Shown one piece after another: positions 22,230 to 32,318 of a stretch of DNA of 64,000 nt. This stretch comes from Promethearchaeota archaeon (GTDB lineage Archaea; Asgardarchaeota; Lokiarchaeia; Sigyniarchaeales; SOKP01): positions 1 to 64,000 of the forward strand of contig JBHLPW010000022.1 in the NCBI GenBank assembly GCA_048939015.1, given 5' to 3'. The notes below the pieces were generated by a model, which did not search any database, was not told the DNA's origin, and saw only the letters and a list, made by a program, of their open reading frames with translations. How positions within the stretch are numbered: the first letter of the stretch is position 1; every line of letters begins with the position of its first letter. A program made the translations under genes and the position numbers.

Positions 22230-22502
22230 CTATAAGTGAGCAAGATTCACGAATATCACGTTATCTCCACGGACAACGATGCTACCTAAATTTTCATGTT
22301 CCTCTCTAATATTCCCCTCGTCATCTTGATACTCAAAAATCTGACTTGTTTCTTCAAGATACAGGTTCAGATGTTCATCGAAACCTCCTAAACGCCCCCT
22401 AAATAACCTGTTCCGTTTTACTTTGATAAGTATGATTTCATTGATAGATGACTTCAAATAATCAATTGGACGATTTGATCTCGTATAACTTTCACGTGAC
22501 AT
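22230..22502 (-). CDS. Sm/Lsm-like archaeal protein
   Basis: Sm1 GRLGGFDEHLNLYL and Sm2 IVVRGDNVIFV. Confidence 0.93.
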   Translation of the reverse strand: MSRESYTRSNRPIDYLKSSINEIILIKVKRNRLFRGRLGGFDEHLNLYLEETSQIFEYQDDEGNIREEHENLGSIVVRGDNVIFVNLAHL

Positions 22503-22636
22503 TTTAAGTAAACCCTAAAAAAGCAATTAATCATAAAAAATATTTATAATTACTTTATGAATAAATTAAAATTAAAACCTTTTGATTATTTTTATAGTCT
22601 CAAACATAAATACTCAAATAAAAACTGATAATAAAA

Positions 22637-22792
22637 TTGTCGAATGAAAAAACGGGTAAAGAGAAAAAGATCACTTGTTGTGTTATGAATTGCCAAGCAG
22701 AAGTGCCAATCGAGAAAGCAATTGTTATCGAAGGCCAGTATTTCTGTCCTATTTGCGGTGTAGCATATTATAGAAGCACGTTCGGTTTATAA
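22637..22792 (+). CDS. 51-aa zinc-finger protein (LIM/TRASH-like; not in ORF track)
   Basis: TTG start: MSNEKTGKEKKITCCVMNCQAEVPIEKAIVIEGQYFCPICGVAYYRSTFGL*. Confidence 0.75.
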   Translation: MSNEKTGKEKKITCCVMNCQAEVPIEKAIVIEGQYFCPICGVAYYRSTFGL

Positions 22793-22832
22793 ATTAAAAT
22801 TGGGAGAGTAGGAATATTCATTCAACTTTTTA

Positions 22833-23816
22833 TTATATTATTTCCTTAATCATAGACCTTTTAATTTTTTCTTCAATATCAAAATTTTCTATATTTCTAA
22901 GAATTCTGTTATATTCAAATTTTGTGCTGCTAGTTAAATTCATATATTTCTCTCCAAAGATGTCATCTATATTACTATTGAAATGTTTTGAATGTAAGAT
23001 TGAATGACAATTAGAGCATAAACAGATACATTTTTCGATTTTTAATAATTCAGAAATTTTTCTTATACTAAATCTTGAAATTTTGTCCCATTTTATTACT
23101 GCTTTTTTCTTAGATGGAAAAACATGGTGGAAACCAAGTGAAGGTAAATTAGTTTGCACCGTTACATTTTCACATCCAATGCATTTTCCACCATAAAATT
23201 GTTCAATAATATATCTTTTCTTAATCCATTTTTTAATTTGGTATTTAGCTTTAGATTTATAATATTTATTCTTATCTAGCTTATTCGTTATATTAGGATT
23301 ATTATCAATGAAAGCATTAATCATATTATTTAATTCCTCTAGTGTATGAAGGAATAAAGAAGAGTGAAGGATTAATGGTTTAAATGTATTGTAATTATTC
23401 GATTCTGTTAGGATATGACAATTCTTACATAAAACAATTACATTATCATTATTCAGGAGTACTACAGTATCCTCATAACTTTTTACTCTTAGAGACTTCC
23501 AAGAGTGTGATTTAGATTTTGGATTGGGATGGTGAAATTCCAAAGCAGGAAGTATTGAAACATTTTTTTTACATTTTAAGCATTCTCCGTTATAATTTTC
23601 TGAAATTATTTTCAGTTTTTTTTTAAGATTTTTTGTCAAATAAAGATCTTTACGACAATTCTCACAAATTGATCCAAGACGCCCTTGTCTTTTGCTGAAT
23701 TTGTTATGAACCTTTATTTGATGACAAATACCACATTCTTTTCTTACACCATCGTTATATAATCTTTGTCGGGTTTCTTTTGCCATTTTTTTTTGATTTT
23801 TATTTATTTCTTTCAT
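22833..23816 (-). CDS. tandem double-HNH endonuclease-like protein with N-terminal zinc finger
   Basis: CGIC..CENC finger, then two modules CLKC..LEFHH..VLCKNCH and CIGC..LGFHH..CLCSNCH. Confidence 0.75.
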   Translation of the reverse strand: MKEINKNQKKMAKETRQRLYNDGVRKECGICHQIKVHNKFSKRQGRLGSICENCRKDLYLTKNLKKKLKIISENYNGECLKCKKNVSILPALEFHHPNPKSKSHSWKSLRVKSYEDTVVLLNNDNVIVLCKNCHILTESNNYNTFKPLILHSSLFLHTLEELNNMINAFIDNNPNITNKLDKNKYYKSKAKYQIKKWIKKRYIIEQFYGGKCIGCENVTVQTNLPSLGFHHVFPSKKKAVIKWDKISRFSIRKISELLKIEKCICLCSNCHSILHSKHFNSNIDDIFGEKYMNLTSSTKFEYNRILRNIENFDIEEKIKRSMIKEII

Positions 23817-23990
23817 TGAATTAGATAATTTAGAGTAAATCCACCCAAGAATTATTTGTATTCAAGTTTTATATTTAGTATTCCTTTATATATTATATAA
23901 TTAGAGTTAGTTAATTTTTCAATTAATCTAAAATGATTTGAAAACAAAAGAAAAAAAAAGAAGATACTTCTCAAAATATATTAAATTACA

Positions 23991-24068
23991 AGGCTCGTGG
24001 CCTAGTTTGGATAGGGCGGCAGCCTCCTAAGCTGAAGGTCGAGGGTTCAAATCCCTCCGAGCCTGCCA
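23991..24068 (+). tRNA. tRNA-Arg (anticodon CCT), intronless, CCA encoded
   Basis: Acceptor stem AGGCTCG/CGAGCCT, D-arm GCC...GGC, anticodon loop CT-CCT-AA, T-arm GAGGG-TTCAAAT-CCCTC, discriminator G plus CCA. Confidence 0.95.
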
Positions 24069-24109
24069 TTATTTAATTTTGAAACTTTATATATTATCAA
24101 TTTTTCTTT

Positions 24110-26065
24110 ATGGTAATGAATGAAAAGTATGTGACTGACTTATCATATTTGAAAGTAATGGTGAAACCACGATTTCCAAAGTTTATAAGATCATTATCTA
24201 AAATTATAATGAGACATGGCACAGTTCCTATAACCAAGATTTGTGGCATAATTCTAGGCTTAGGTTATGTTAAAAATGGAGTTAAAAGATATCCAGAATG
24301 TTTTATAAAACTAAAAGATGGTATAAGATTAGCAACTGATGTGTATGTTCCAAAAACAGTCTATAAGAAAAAAAGCAAATGTCCAACAATATTAGTAAGA
24401 TTACCATATTGGAAAGATAGTATGAGTATTATTGGATATGCTTATGCTATTTTTGGATTTGTAACGATTATTCAAGACATACGTGGGACAGGTCATTCAA
24501 ATGGTTTTAATTATTATTTATTTACCGAAAGAGAGGATGGATTAGAGACTTTAGAATGGATCTCTAAAAAATATTGGTATAATGGCAGAATAGGAATGGC
24601 AGGAGCAAGTTATTTCGGAATCACTCAACTTGCTGTTTCTTGGGATAATAAATATTTAACCTGTATTTCTCCATCTGTTACATCCACGTTGAATTTATGG
24701 AAAAAAAATGGAGGGTTACAGATCCATGCTTTAACGACTTCAATTTACAGAATAATGGTTAATATTGCATCACACACCGAGGCCCCTGAGGTAGATACAC
24801 TCACAAAATTAATGTATGAAAGATATACGAATCCAAAATACGCTTTATACAACGATCCCATCAAAAATAAAAGTGATCTTAGGTTATCTCAGTTAAAAGG
24901 AAAATCCATTGAAGAAATTCAAGATCTTTTAATCACATATTATAACGTTAAAAATTTTGACCCTAGTAAACGGAATCTTAAGATTTATTTTAAGTTTTTA
25001 AATGATTTCCTTATTACACGTGGATTAGAAAAAGATTCATACAAAATGTCTGGATTTCTTGGAATGGATACTACTAAATTTTCACAACCCGCTTTTATGC
25101 AAGCTGGTTGGCAAGATATGTTTTTCGAAAAACAATTAGAAGATTTTATTGAAATTAAAAAGAATGCTAAGGAAGATGCTAAAAGATATTCAAAATTACT
25201 TATAGGATCTTGGGCACACGGAGCAATTGGTCATCCTGAAAGTCGGATCAGAAATGCAGGAGCGATTAAATTTTACAAAGAATTTGTAAACTTGCCTTGG
25301 AACCGTTATTGGTTGATGGACAATAAGGATGCCTTTCTTGATCTCAATAAGCCTTCTATAAAGTATTGGGTTATGGGAAAGAGCATTTGGAGGTACACGG
25401 AGAAGTGGCCTCCAGAAAATATTGAATATAAAAAGTTATTTATTCATTCTATAAGAGGAGCAAATAGTATAAAAGGTGATGGTTTGTTAAGTTTCGAAGA
25501 ACCACTTAATGAACGAGAAGATACTTATACTTTTGATCCAATGAATCCAGTTATCACGAAAGGGGGAAGAAATTTGGGCATTTTAAAAGGAGCTCAAAAT
25601 CAAAAAGATGCTGAAAAAAGAAAAGATGTTCTAGTCTTTTCTACTAAACCTTTAAAGGAAGGAATAGAAATAACGGGTCCTGTAAAGATGATAATTTATG
25701 CTTCCTCATCAGCAAAAGATACGGACTTTATGGTTAAATTAGTTGACGTGTACCCACATGGAAAAGCTATTAATATTTTAGATGCTGGAATCCGAGCTCG
25801 TTTTAGAAATGGTGATGAAAATCCTTCTCTCATCAAGCCAGGAAAGGTTTATCAATATGATGTTGAATTAGGAAATACTTCAAATTTTTTTAGGAAAAAT
25901 CATAAAATACGAATCGAAATATCGTCAAGCAATTTTCCAAGATTTGACATTAACTCAAATTTAGGAGGAGAAGGACAATCAGGTGATTATCTCGTAGCGG
26001 AGCAAAAAGTATTTCATTCAAAAGATTTTCCATCTCATCTTATTATCCCTTTCTTACAAGAATAG
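24110..26065 (+). CDS. CocE/NonD family hydrolase
   Basis: DGIRLATDVY, RLPY, QDIRGTGHS, GASYFG nucleophile, GSWAHG, SSSNFPRFDIN. Confidence 0.92.
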   Translation: MVMNEKYVTDLSYLKVMVKPRFPKFIRSLSKIIMRHGTVPITKICGIILGLGYVKNGVKRYPECFIKLKDGIRLATDVYVPKTVYKKKSKCPTILVRLPYWKDSMSIIGYAYAIFGFVTIIQDIRGTGHSNGFNYYLFTEREDGLETLEWISKKYWYNGRIGMAGASYFGITQLAVSWDNKYLTCISPSVTSTLNLWKKNGGLQIHALTTSIYRIMVNIASHTEAPEVDTLTKLMYERYTNPKYALYNDPIKNKSDLRLSQLKGKSIEEIQDLLITYYNVKNFDPSKRNLKIYFKFLNDFLITRGLEKDSYKMSGFLGMDTTKFSQPAFMQAGWQDMFFEKQLEDFIEIKKNAKEDAKRYSKLLIGSWAHGAIGHPESRIRNAGAIKFYKEFVNLPWNRYWLMDNKDAFLDLNKPSIKYWVMGKSIWRYTEKWPPENIEYKKLFIHSIRGANSIKGDGLLSFEEPLNEREDTYTFDPMNPVITKGGRNLGILKGAQNQKDAEKRKDVLVFSTKPLKEGIEITGPVKMIIYASSSAKDTDFMVKLVDVYPHGKAINILDAGIRARFRNGDENPSLIKPGKVYQYDVELGNTSNFFRKNHKIRIEISSSNFPRFDINSNLGGEGQSGDYLVAEQKVFHSKDFPSHLIIPFLQE

Positions 26066-26084
26066 GTTTTAGGTTAAAATATAT

Positions 26085-26363
26085 TTAAAAGATTTTTTCT
26101 GAATATACTTTTAAGATAGTCCCATATTTATGAATTATTTCATCTAATGATAACCTGAAATCATGAATTCCAATCATCTTCCCTTCCTCATTACTTAAAA
26201 ATATATTTTTTTGTTTTAATTTTAAATCTTTAAGTAATGATTCAAAAACGTATAAGAAAGTTTTTTTCATATTAATAGGAGTTAATTGAACTTTTATGAT
26301 CTCTCCGCTCTGAATTATCTTGAAAATTAAAAACTCTTTTCTATCATTATTTAAGTCATTCAT
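26085..26363 (-). CDS. hypothetical protein, possible beta-grasp (ubiquitin-like) fold
   Basis: 92 aa with predicted beta-beta-alpha-beta-beta-(alpha)-beta order; no C-terminal GG. Confidence 0.55.
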   Translation of the reverse strand: MNDLNNDRKEFLIFKIIQSGEIIKVQLTPINMKKTFLYVFESLLKDLKLKQKNIFLSNEEGKMIGIHDFRLSLDEIIHKYGTILKVYSEKIF

Positions 26364-26524
26364 ATATTTTAAAAGAAAAGTCTAGGTATTTAATAAATTT
26401 AGTCAAGTCTGTCAAAATTATAATAAAATCCATTATTTGTCGTTTAGAATGTTTATACATAACGAGTTTGTTAAATATAGAGAAATACTATTATTACTCG
26501 CCTAAAAATATAGAGGTGAAAAAT

Positions 26525-28255
26525 TTGCCAAAAAGAATATTAAGAGTAAATATGAATAATCTAGAAGCTAAATTTGAGGATTTACCAGGAGATTATGCTG
26601 CTTTAGGTGGACGTGGGATGACTTCGACCATAGTTGCTAAAGAAGTACCTCCAACATGTAATCCATTAGGGCCTCATAATAAACTAGTACTTGCTCCAGG
26701 GATAGTTACAGGCACTGCTGCCCCCTCAAGTGGAAGACTTTCTGTAGGTGGAAAATCTCCATTAACAGGAGGTATAAAGGAGGCTAATGCAGGAACCCCA
26801 TTTTCTCAGAAATTGGCCAGAATGCGTATTGGGGCTATAATAATTGAAGGTAAACATGCTGGAGATGATTATTATCTTCTTAAAGTGACTATGGATGGTG
26901 TAGAATTCATAAATGCAAATAAATGGTCTGGAAAAGGACTCTATGGTGTTTATAAAGATCTCTACAAAGAATTTGGTGATAAAGTAGGGATTTGTAGTGT
27001 TGGAATAGCTGCTGAGCTTCTTGGAGCTATGTCCGGAGTATGTTTTAATGATCCCGAAGGATTACCTAGTAGATATGCTGGAAGAGGAGGATTAGGAGCT
27101 GTTATGGCATCAAAGGGTCTAAAATTTATAATTGTTGACGAAACAGGCGCTCCAGGAGTAGAAATAGCAAACCAAGATGTGTTTAAAGCAGGTATCAAAA
27201 AATTAAGAGATGCATTGACAACTCATGACGTTACAAAACCTGGGGGCGCTCTCAATTCATATGGGACATCAGTGTTAGTAAATATCATTAATGAAGCAGG
27301 AGGCTTACCTCAAAGAAACTTTTCTAGGGGTCAAGATGACAGAGCTGAAAAAATATCTGGTGAGGCAAAAGCTGAAACAATTAAAAGTAGAGGTGGATCA
27401 AGACCACACTTTTGCAATCCTGGATGTATTATACAATGTTCAGAAGTCTGGGTAAAACCAGGTGGTAAAGATCCTGTAGGCGTTCTTGAATACGAGAGTG
27501 TTTGGGCACTTGGAGCAAATTGTGAAATTTATAATTTGGATGATATAGGTGAGTTAAACCGTGCTTGCAACGATCTTGGGTGTGATACTATAGAAGCAGG
27601 AGACACTTTAGCAGTTGCAATGGAAGGAGGCTTAGCTAATTTTGGTGATGGTAAAGCAGCCTTAAAGCTTATGGACGAGATTCGTAAAAAGACACCAACA
27701 GGAAGAATTCTAGCTCAAGGTACTGAAATCACTGGAAAAGTTTTGGGTGTAACAAGGATACCAACTTGTAAAGGTCAAGGTTTCCCTGCATATGATCCAA
27801 GAGCAATTAAGGGAATAGGGGTAACATATGCAACAACTCCTATGGGAGCAGATCACACAGCGGGTTATGCAATTGCTCCAGAAATTTTAGGAGTAGGAGG
27901 GACCTTAGATCCATTGGATCCAAAGAAAGCGGAAATTTCACGTACTTTACAATTAGCCACTGCTGCTGTTGATGCATCTGGATACTGTCTTTTCATTGCA
28001 TTTGCCGTATTAGATATTCCTGAAGGGTTGGAAGGAGTTGTAGAATCCTTAAATGGTGTATTAGGGACAAATCTAACAGTTGCTGATGTTGCACCAATTG
28101 GAAAATCAATTATCGATACAGAATTAGAATTTAATAAAAAAGCAGGATTTACACCAATCCATGATAGACTTCCAGAGTTTATCACTGAAGAAAAGCTCCC
28201 ACCGCATAATACTGTGTTTGATGTACCAAACGAAGATTTAGATAGTGTATTTTAA
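26525..28255 (+). CDS. aor: tungsten-dependent aldehyde:ferredoxin oxidoreductase family protein
   Basis: KSPLTGGIKEANAG, AGRGGLGAVMASKGLK, CNPGCIIQC, EYESVWALG, DLGCDTI, YDPR, GADHT, DASGYC; start reassigned to TTG 26525, 5 nt after GAGGTGA. Confidence 0.92.
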   Translation: MPKRILRVNMNNLEAKFEDLPGDYAALGGRGMTSTIVAKEVPPTCNPLGPHNKLVLAPGIVTGTAAPSSGRLSVGGKSPLTGGIKEANAGTPFSQKLARMRIGAIIIEGKHAGDDYYLLKVTMDGVEFINANKWSGKGLYGVYKDLYKEFGDKVGICSVGIAAELLGAMSGVCFNDPEGLPSRYAGRGGLGAVMASKGLKFIIVDETGAPGVEIANQDVFKAGIKKLRDALTTHDVTKPGGALNSYGTSVLVNIINEAGGLPQRNFSRGQDDRAEKISGEAKAETIKSRGGSRPHFCNPGCIIQCSEVWVKPGGKDPVGVLEYESVWALGANCEIYNLDDIGELNRACNDLGCDTIEAGDTLAVAMEGGLANFGDGKAALKLMDEIRKKTPTGRILAQGTEITGKVLGVTRIPTCKGQGFPAYDPRAIKGIGVTYATTPMGADHTAGYAIAPEILGVGGTLDPLDPKKAEISRTLQLATAAVDASGYCLFIAFAVLDIPEGLEGVVESLNGVLGTNLTVADVAPIGKSIIDTELEFNKKAGFTPIHDRLPEFITEEKLPPHNTVFDVPNEDLDSVF

Positions 28256-28274
28256 GTAGAATAGGATTTGAAAT

Positions 28275-28559
28275 ATGCCAATTTACCTAAAGTTATTCGG
28301 AGATTTAAGAAAAAAAGCTGATCCAAATGTTAGAGGAACGTTATCCTTAAGGTTAGAACTTGATGATTCTGAAATATCAAAAGTACAAGATATTCTTAGA
28401 AAATTCAACATTGATGATAGTGAAGTTTATCATATTTTTGTAAATAGTGTATATGCAGGACTTAAGAAAAATGTAAATGATGGAGATAAAGTATCTTTAT
28501 TTCCACGAAATATGGCTTTATTATATAAATGGTATTTTAAACGAGAAGAAGATGAGTGA
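28275..28559 (+). CDS. MoaD/ThiS-like beta-grasp protein lacking the C-terminal GG
   Basis: LKLFGDLR, IFVN, DGDKVSLFP followed by RNMALLYKWYFKREEDE instead of GG. Confidence 0.8.
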   Translation: MPIYLKLFGDLRKKADPNVRGTLSLRLELDDSEISKVQDILRKFNIDDSEVYHIFVNSVYAGLKKNVNDGDKVSLFPRNMALLYKWYFKREEDE

Positions 28560-28797
28560 CAAAACGATAAACATAACAGTGAAGTTCTTCGCCACATTAA
28601 GGCAATTTGGTCCTGAAAAAGATGTAATATCAATCCCAGAAAATAGCAAAATTAAATTCTTATTCGATAAATACAATATACCAGAGGATGAGAGAAGAGC
28701 AATAATTTTAGTTAATGGTCGTCCGCATCAAGAACTCAAAACTTCTTTAAAAAACGGGGACTTGATAGCAATCTTTCCTCCTATAGGTGGTGGTTAA
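28552..28797 (+). CDS. moaD: MoaD/ThiS family sulfur carrier
   Basis: VKFFATLR, ILVNG, LKNGDLIAIFPPIGGG; ATG at 28552 overlaps the upstream stop (track start 28477 is too long). Confidence 0.85.
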   Translation: MSDKTINITVKFFATLRQFGPEKDVISIPENSKIKFLFDKYNIPEDERRAIILVNGRPHQELKTSLKNGDLIAIFPPIGGG

Positions 28798-29110
28798 TTC
28801 CACCTCAAATATTAAATTTCTTTTTTTTTGTTTACTTCTTTTATAAAATATAAGTACACCATAGTTGAAATTATTGCATTAAAATTTTCTAAGGATTCTT
28901 AATTGATGAAAATGCTGCGATAACCTGCTTTCTATTTCGAACAATTTATAAATACTGAGTTGTATTAGTTATACGTTCTGCAATCAAGAACAACTATGTT
29001 AAATTTATAGAATATTAAATGCAATTTGAAATAATTTTTATGATTTTAATTTATTATGTAGCTACTTATTCTTAGAAAGTTTTCAAATAATACCATTGTG
29101 ATTCAATACT

Positions 29111-32100
29111 ATGACTTCTTTGGAGGAATTAAAATATACAGAAAAAATGTTAAAGGAATCTGAGGAAATTTTCAGAACTTTAGCAGAGCAATCCTTATTA
29201 GGTATAGCTATTCTACAAGATAATTTTGTTAAATATGTTAATACGCAACTCGCTCAATTATTTGGATATACAGTAGAAGAAACTATGAATTGGGGTATGG
29301 GTTTTTTTTTAAAGGTTATCCATCCTGATGATCGAAAAATGGTTGCCGAACAAGCTCAGAAAAAGCAATCGGGGGAATCAAATGCTATTAATAGATATCA
29401 ATTTAGAGGGATTAAAAAGAATGGCGATTTAATCTGGTTAGATGTATTCTCAAAAACAATCAATTTTAGAGGAAAACCAGCAGATTTTGTAACAATTCAG
29501 GATATTACGAATGAGAAACTATCTGAACAAAAATTAAGACAATCTGAAGAAAAATTTAGAACTATCTTTGAAGCGATACCAGATGTTTATTTTTTAGTTT
29601 CAGAAGACTCTACCGTTCTGGAATATAGAGGAAAGGAACAAGAGTTATATCTTTCTCCCGAAGAATTTTTAAATAAAAAATTAATCGATCTAATACCAGC
29701 CAATATTGGACTCAATACAGTAAAACTAATCAAGAAAACACTTGAGACAAAAGAACCTCAAATTATGGAATATGAATTGGAATTACAAAGTGAAATCCAT
29801 TTTTTTGAGGCGAGATTTTTCTATTTTTCTAAAAATCAAGTCTCAATTTTTATAAGGGATATTTCTGAACGAAAAAAAGCAGAAAAGCAGATCAGTGATA
29901 TTGCAAAGTTTCCATCGGAAAATCCAAATCCTGTTTTAAGGGCGAATAAACAAAGGATACTTTATACAAATCTTGTAGGTAAAAAACTATTTAATGTGAG
30001 TGAAGGTGATAAAATACCAGCAATATTACAAGACGTTATAGCTAATGTTCTTTCTGTAAAAGTCCCCCAAATTAAGGAAGTTAAAGTTAATGAAGTAATA
30101 TATTCATTTAAAATAACTCCGATACAACAAGAAGATTATGTTAACATTTATGGCCAAAATATCACAGAACAAAAGAAATCAGAGCGTGCCCTCAAAATTG
30201 AGAAAAAATTCACTGAAGATATAATCTATTCGTCTCAGGACACTATCTTCGTTTTTGATCCGGAAACTGGTAAAGCCCTGAGATGGAATAAAGAGTTTAG
30301 TGAAGTATCTGGTTATTCTAAGGAAGAAATTTCTTCACTCAAGGCTCCAGAATCTTATTATAGTGCAGAAGATTTGAAAAAGGCAGAAGAAGCAATACAA
30401 ATAATATTTAAAGAAGGAAAAGTAACCCTTGAAATGTCACTCATTACTAAGGATGGCAAGAAAATTCCATATGAATATAAGGCAACAACACTTAAAGAGC
30501 CAGGAGGAAAAATTTCAATTGTTTCTATTGGGAGGGATATGACTGAAAGAAACTTAGCTAAACAAAAACTAAAAGAATCAGAGGAACGTTATCGCTTAAT
30601 TTCCGAAGCGTCAAAAACAGTTGTTTGGTCTACAGACTTGAAATTAAATATGACCTATGTTAGTTCAAATAGTCCCCAAATTCTAGGATATACAGCGGAA
30701 GAGGCACTTTCACTTCCTATGACTTCCGTATTAACCCCAGAATCTTTTAAGAAAACAGTAAGCATTTTTAAAGAAGTATTAAGATTAGAAAGGAAAAAAG
30801 TTAAGGATTTAACACTATCTCGTACATATGAAACAGAACAAATTCATAAAAATGGATCTATCATTCCTGTAGAAATTACATTCATATTTTTACGTGATGA
30901 TAAGAGTAAGATTAGTGGTATTTTAGGAATTTCAAAGGATATATCTGAACGTAAAGAAGCAGAACAAAAAAGAATACAAGCTCAAAAAAAGCTTAAAAAA
31001 TCATATGAAAGACTTAAGGAACAAGAAAAAATAATTAATAATAGTCCAGGTGTGTTATTTCTTTGGCAAAATTCTGAAGGATGGCCAGTAGAATTTGTTT
31101 CTGAAAATGTGAAACAATTCGGGTATATCCCAGAGGATTTTTATTCTGGTAATGTTTTATATGAGCAAATTATACATCCCGATGATTTGGAAAAAATTTT
31201 TGAAGAAATAAGTTTTTACAGTAATGAGGACATCAGCGAATTTGTACAAGAATACCGAATAATAACAAAGTCTGGTGAAATTAAATGGCTGGATGATAGA
31301 ACTTGGATCAGAAGAAATTCTGAAGGTAATATTACCCATTACCAGGGAATTGTAATAGATATTACAGATCGCAAGGCAACTGAAAATGCTTTGAAATTAT
31401 CAGAGTCAAATTATAAAGATGCTTATAATATGGCGAATTTCTATAAAGATCTCTTCACTCATGATATGAACAACATTCTGCAAATAATACAATCTTCAGC
31501 AGAAATTATTTCATTTCAATTAGGGGATTCTGAGAAATCTATATTTATTGAAAATATGACAAATATAATTAAAAGTCAAATAGATAGAGGATCAAAATTA
31601 ATTTCTGATGTTCGTACCTTGACATCTCTAGATAAGGATCAGATTACTATAGATAACATTGAAATCACAAAATTCTTGCACAGTTCAATAAAATTCGTCA
31701 AGAAAGCGTATCCTGATAGAAAAGTACAAATTTTTCCTGAAATTTTTGATGAGAAATACTTTACAATGGCTAATGATCTTCTTCAAGATGTTTTTGAAAA
31801 TATCTTAATTAATGGAATAAAATATAACGAAAATGAACTGGTAGAAATTAACATAAATATTTCTAGAAAAGAATTTAAAAAAGTTAACTATGTCCGGATT
31901 CAATTCATTGATAATGGCATTGGTGTCTCTGATAATAAAAAGGAACTGATTTTTCAACCGGGGAATAGAGAAATAAAAGGAACTAAGGGTATGGGAATTG
32001 GATTGTCTTTAGTAAGTAAAATAATGGAAATTTTTGAAGGTAAAATTTGGGTAGAAGATAAAGTTAAGGGAGATTATAATCAAGGAAGTAAGTTCATAGT

Positions 32101-32122
32101 ATTACTGCCAGAAACCTCATAG
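29111..32122 (+). CDS. cytoplasmic multi-PAS (about 6) sensor histidine kinase
   Basis: Repeated PAS/PAC motifs (IHPDD, DIT/DISERK); H-box THDMNN; N-box NILINGIKY; DNGIG; GMGIGL. Confidence 0.93.
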   Translation: MTSLEELKYTEKMLKESEEIFRTLAEQSLLGIAILQDNFVKYVNTQLAQLFGYTVEETMNWGMGFFLKVIHPDDRKMVAEQAQKKQSGESNAINRYQFRGIKKNGDLIWLDVFSKTINFRGKPADFVTIQDITNEKLSEQKLRQSEEKFRTIFEAIPDVYFLVSEDSTVLEYRGKEQELYLSPEEFLNKKLIDLIPANIGLNTVKLIKKTLETKEPQIMEYELELQSEIHFFEARFFYFSKNQVSIFIRDISERKKAEKQISDIAKFPSENPNPVLRANKQRILYTNLVGKKLFNVSEGDKIPAILQDVIANVLSVKVPQIKEVKVNEVIYSFKITPIQQEDYVNIYGQNITEQKKSERALKIEKKFTEDIIYSSQDTIFVFDPETGKALRWNKEFSEVSGYSKEEISSLKAPESYYSAEDLKKAEEAIQIIFKEGKVTLEMSLITKDGKKIPYEYKATTLKEPGGKISIVSIGRDMTERNLAKQKLKESEERYRLISEASKTVVWSTDLKLNMTYVSSNSPQILGYTAEEALSLPMTSVLTPESFKKTVSIFKEVLRLERKKVKDLTLSRTYETEQIHKNGSIIPVEITFIFLRDDKSKISGILGISKDISERKEAEQKRIQAQKKLKKSYERLKEQEKIINNSPGVLFLWQNSEGWPVEFVSENVKQFGYIPEDFYSGNVLYEQIIHPDDLEKIFEEISFYSNEDISEFVQEYRIITKSGEIKWLDDRTWIRRNSEGNITHYQGIVIDITDRKATENALKLSESNYKDAYNMANFYKDLFTHDMNNILQIIQSSAEIISFQLGDSEKSIFIENMTNIIKSQIDRGSKLISDVRTLTSLDKDQITIDNIEITKFLHSSIKFVKKAYPDRKVQIFPEIFDEKYFTMANDLLQDVFENILINGIKYNENELVEININISRKEFKKVNYVRIQFIDNGIGVSDNKKELIFQPGNREIKGTKGMGIGLSLVSKIMEIFEGKIWVEDKVKGDYNQGSKFIVLLPETS

Positions 32123-32318
32123 TCTCGGATTTATTATTTTCATTTGTTTTTGAGGAAAGAACGTTCAATAATAATTTTCAAATCTTTTTTTAAGCCATAT
32201 TTTATTCAGATAACTTAGAAAATAAAATTTATGGAACCTATAGATTTTTCATCATGAAGTTTAAGAAAACATCTATATGGAGAACATAAGACATAATTCC
32301 TAAAGTTAGGGTTGAATT

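Noticed and set aside
23991-24110. tRNA as attachment site of an integrated element
   Set aside because: No integrase and no duplicated tRNA 3' fragment noticed in the window
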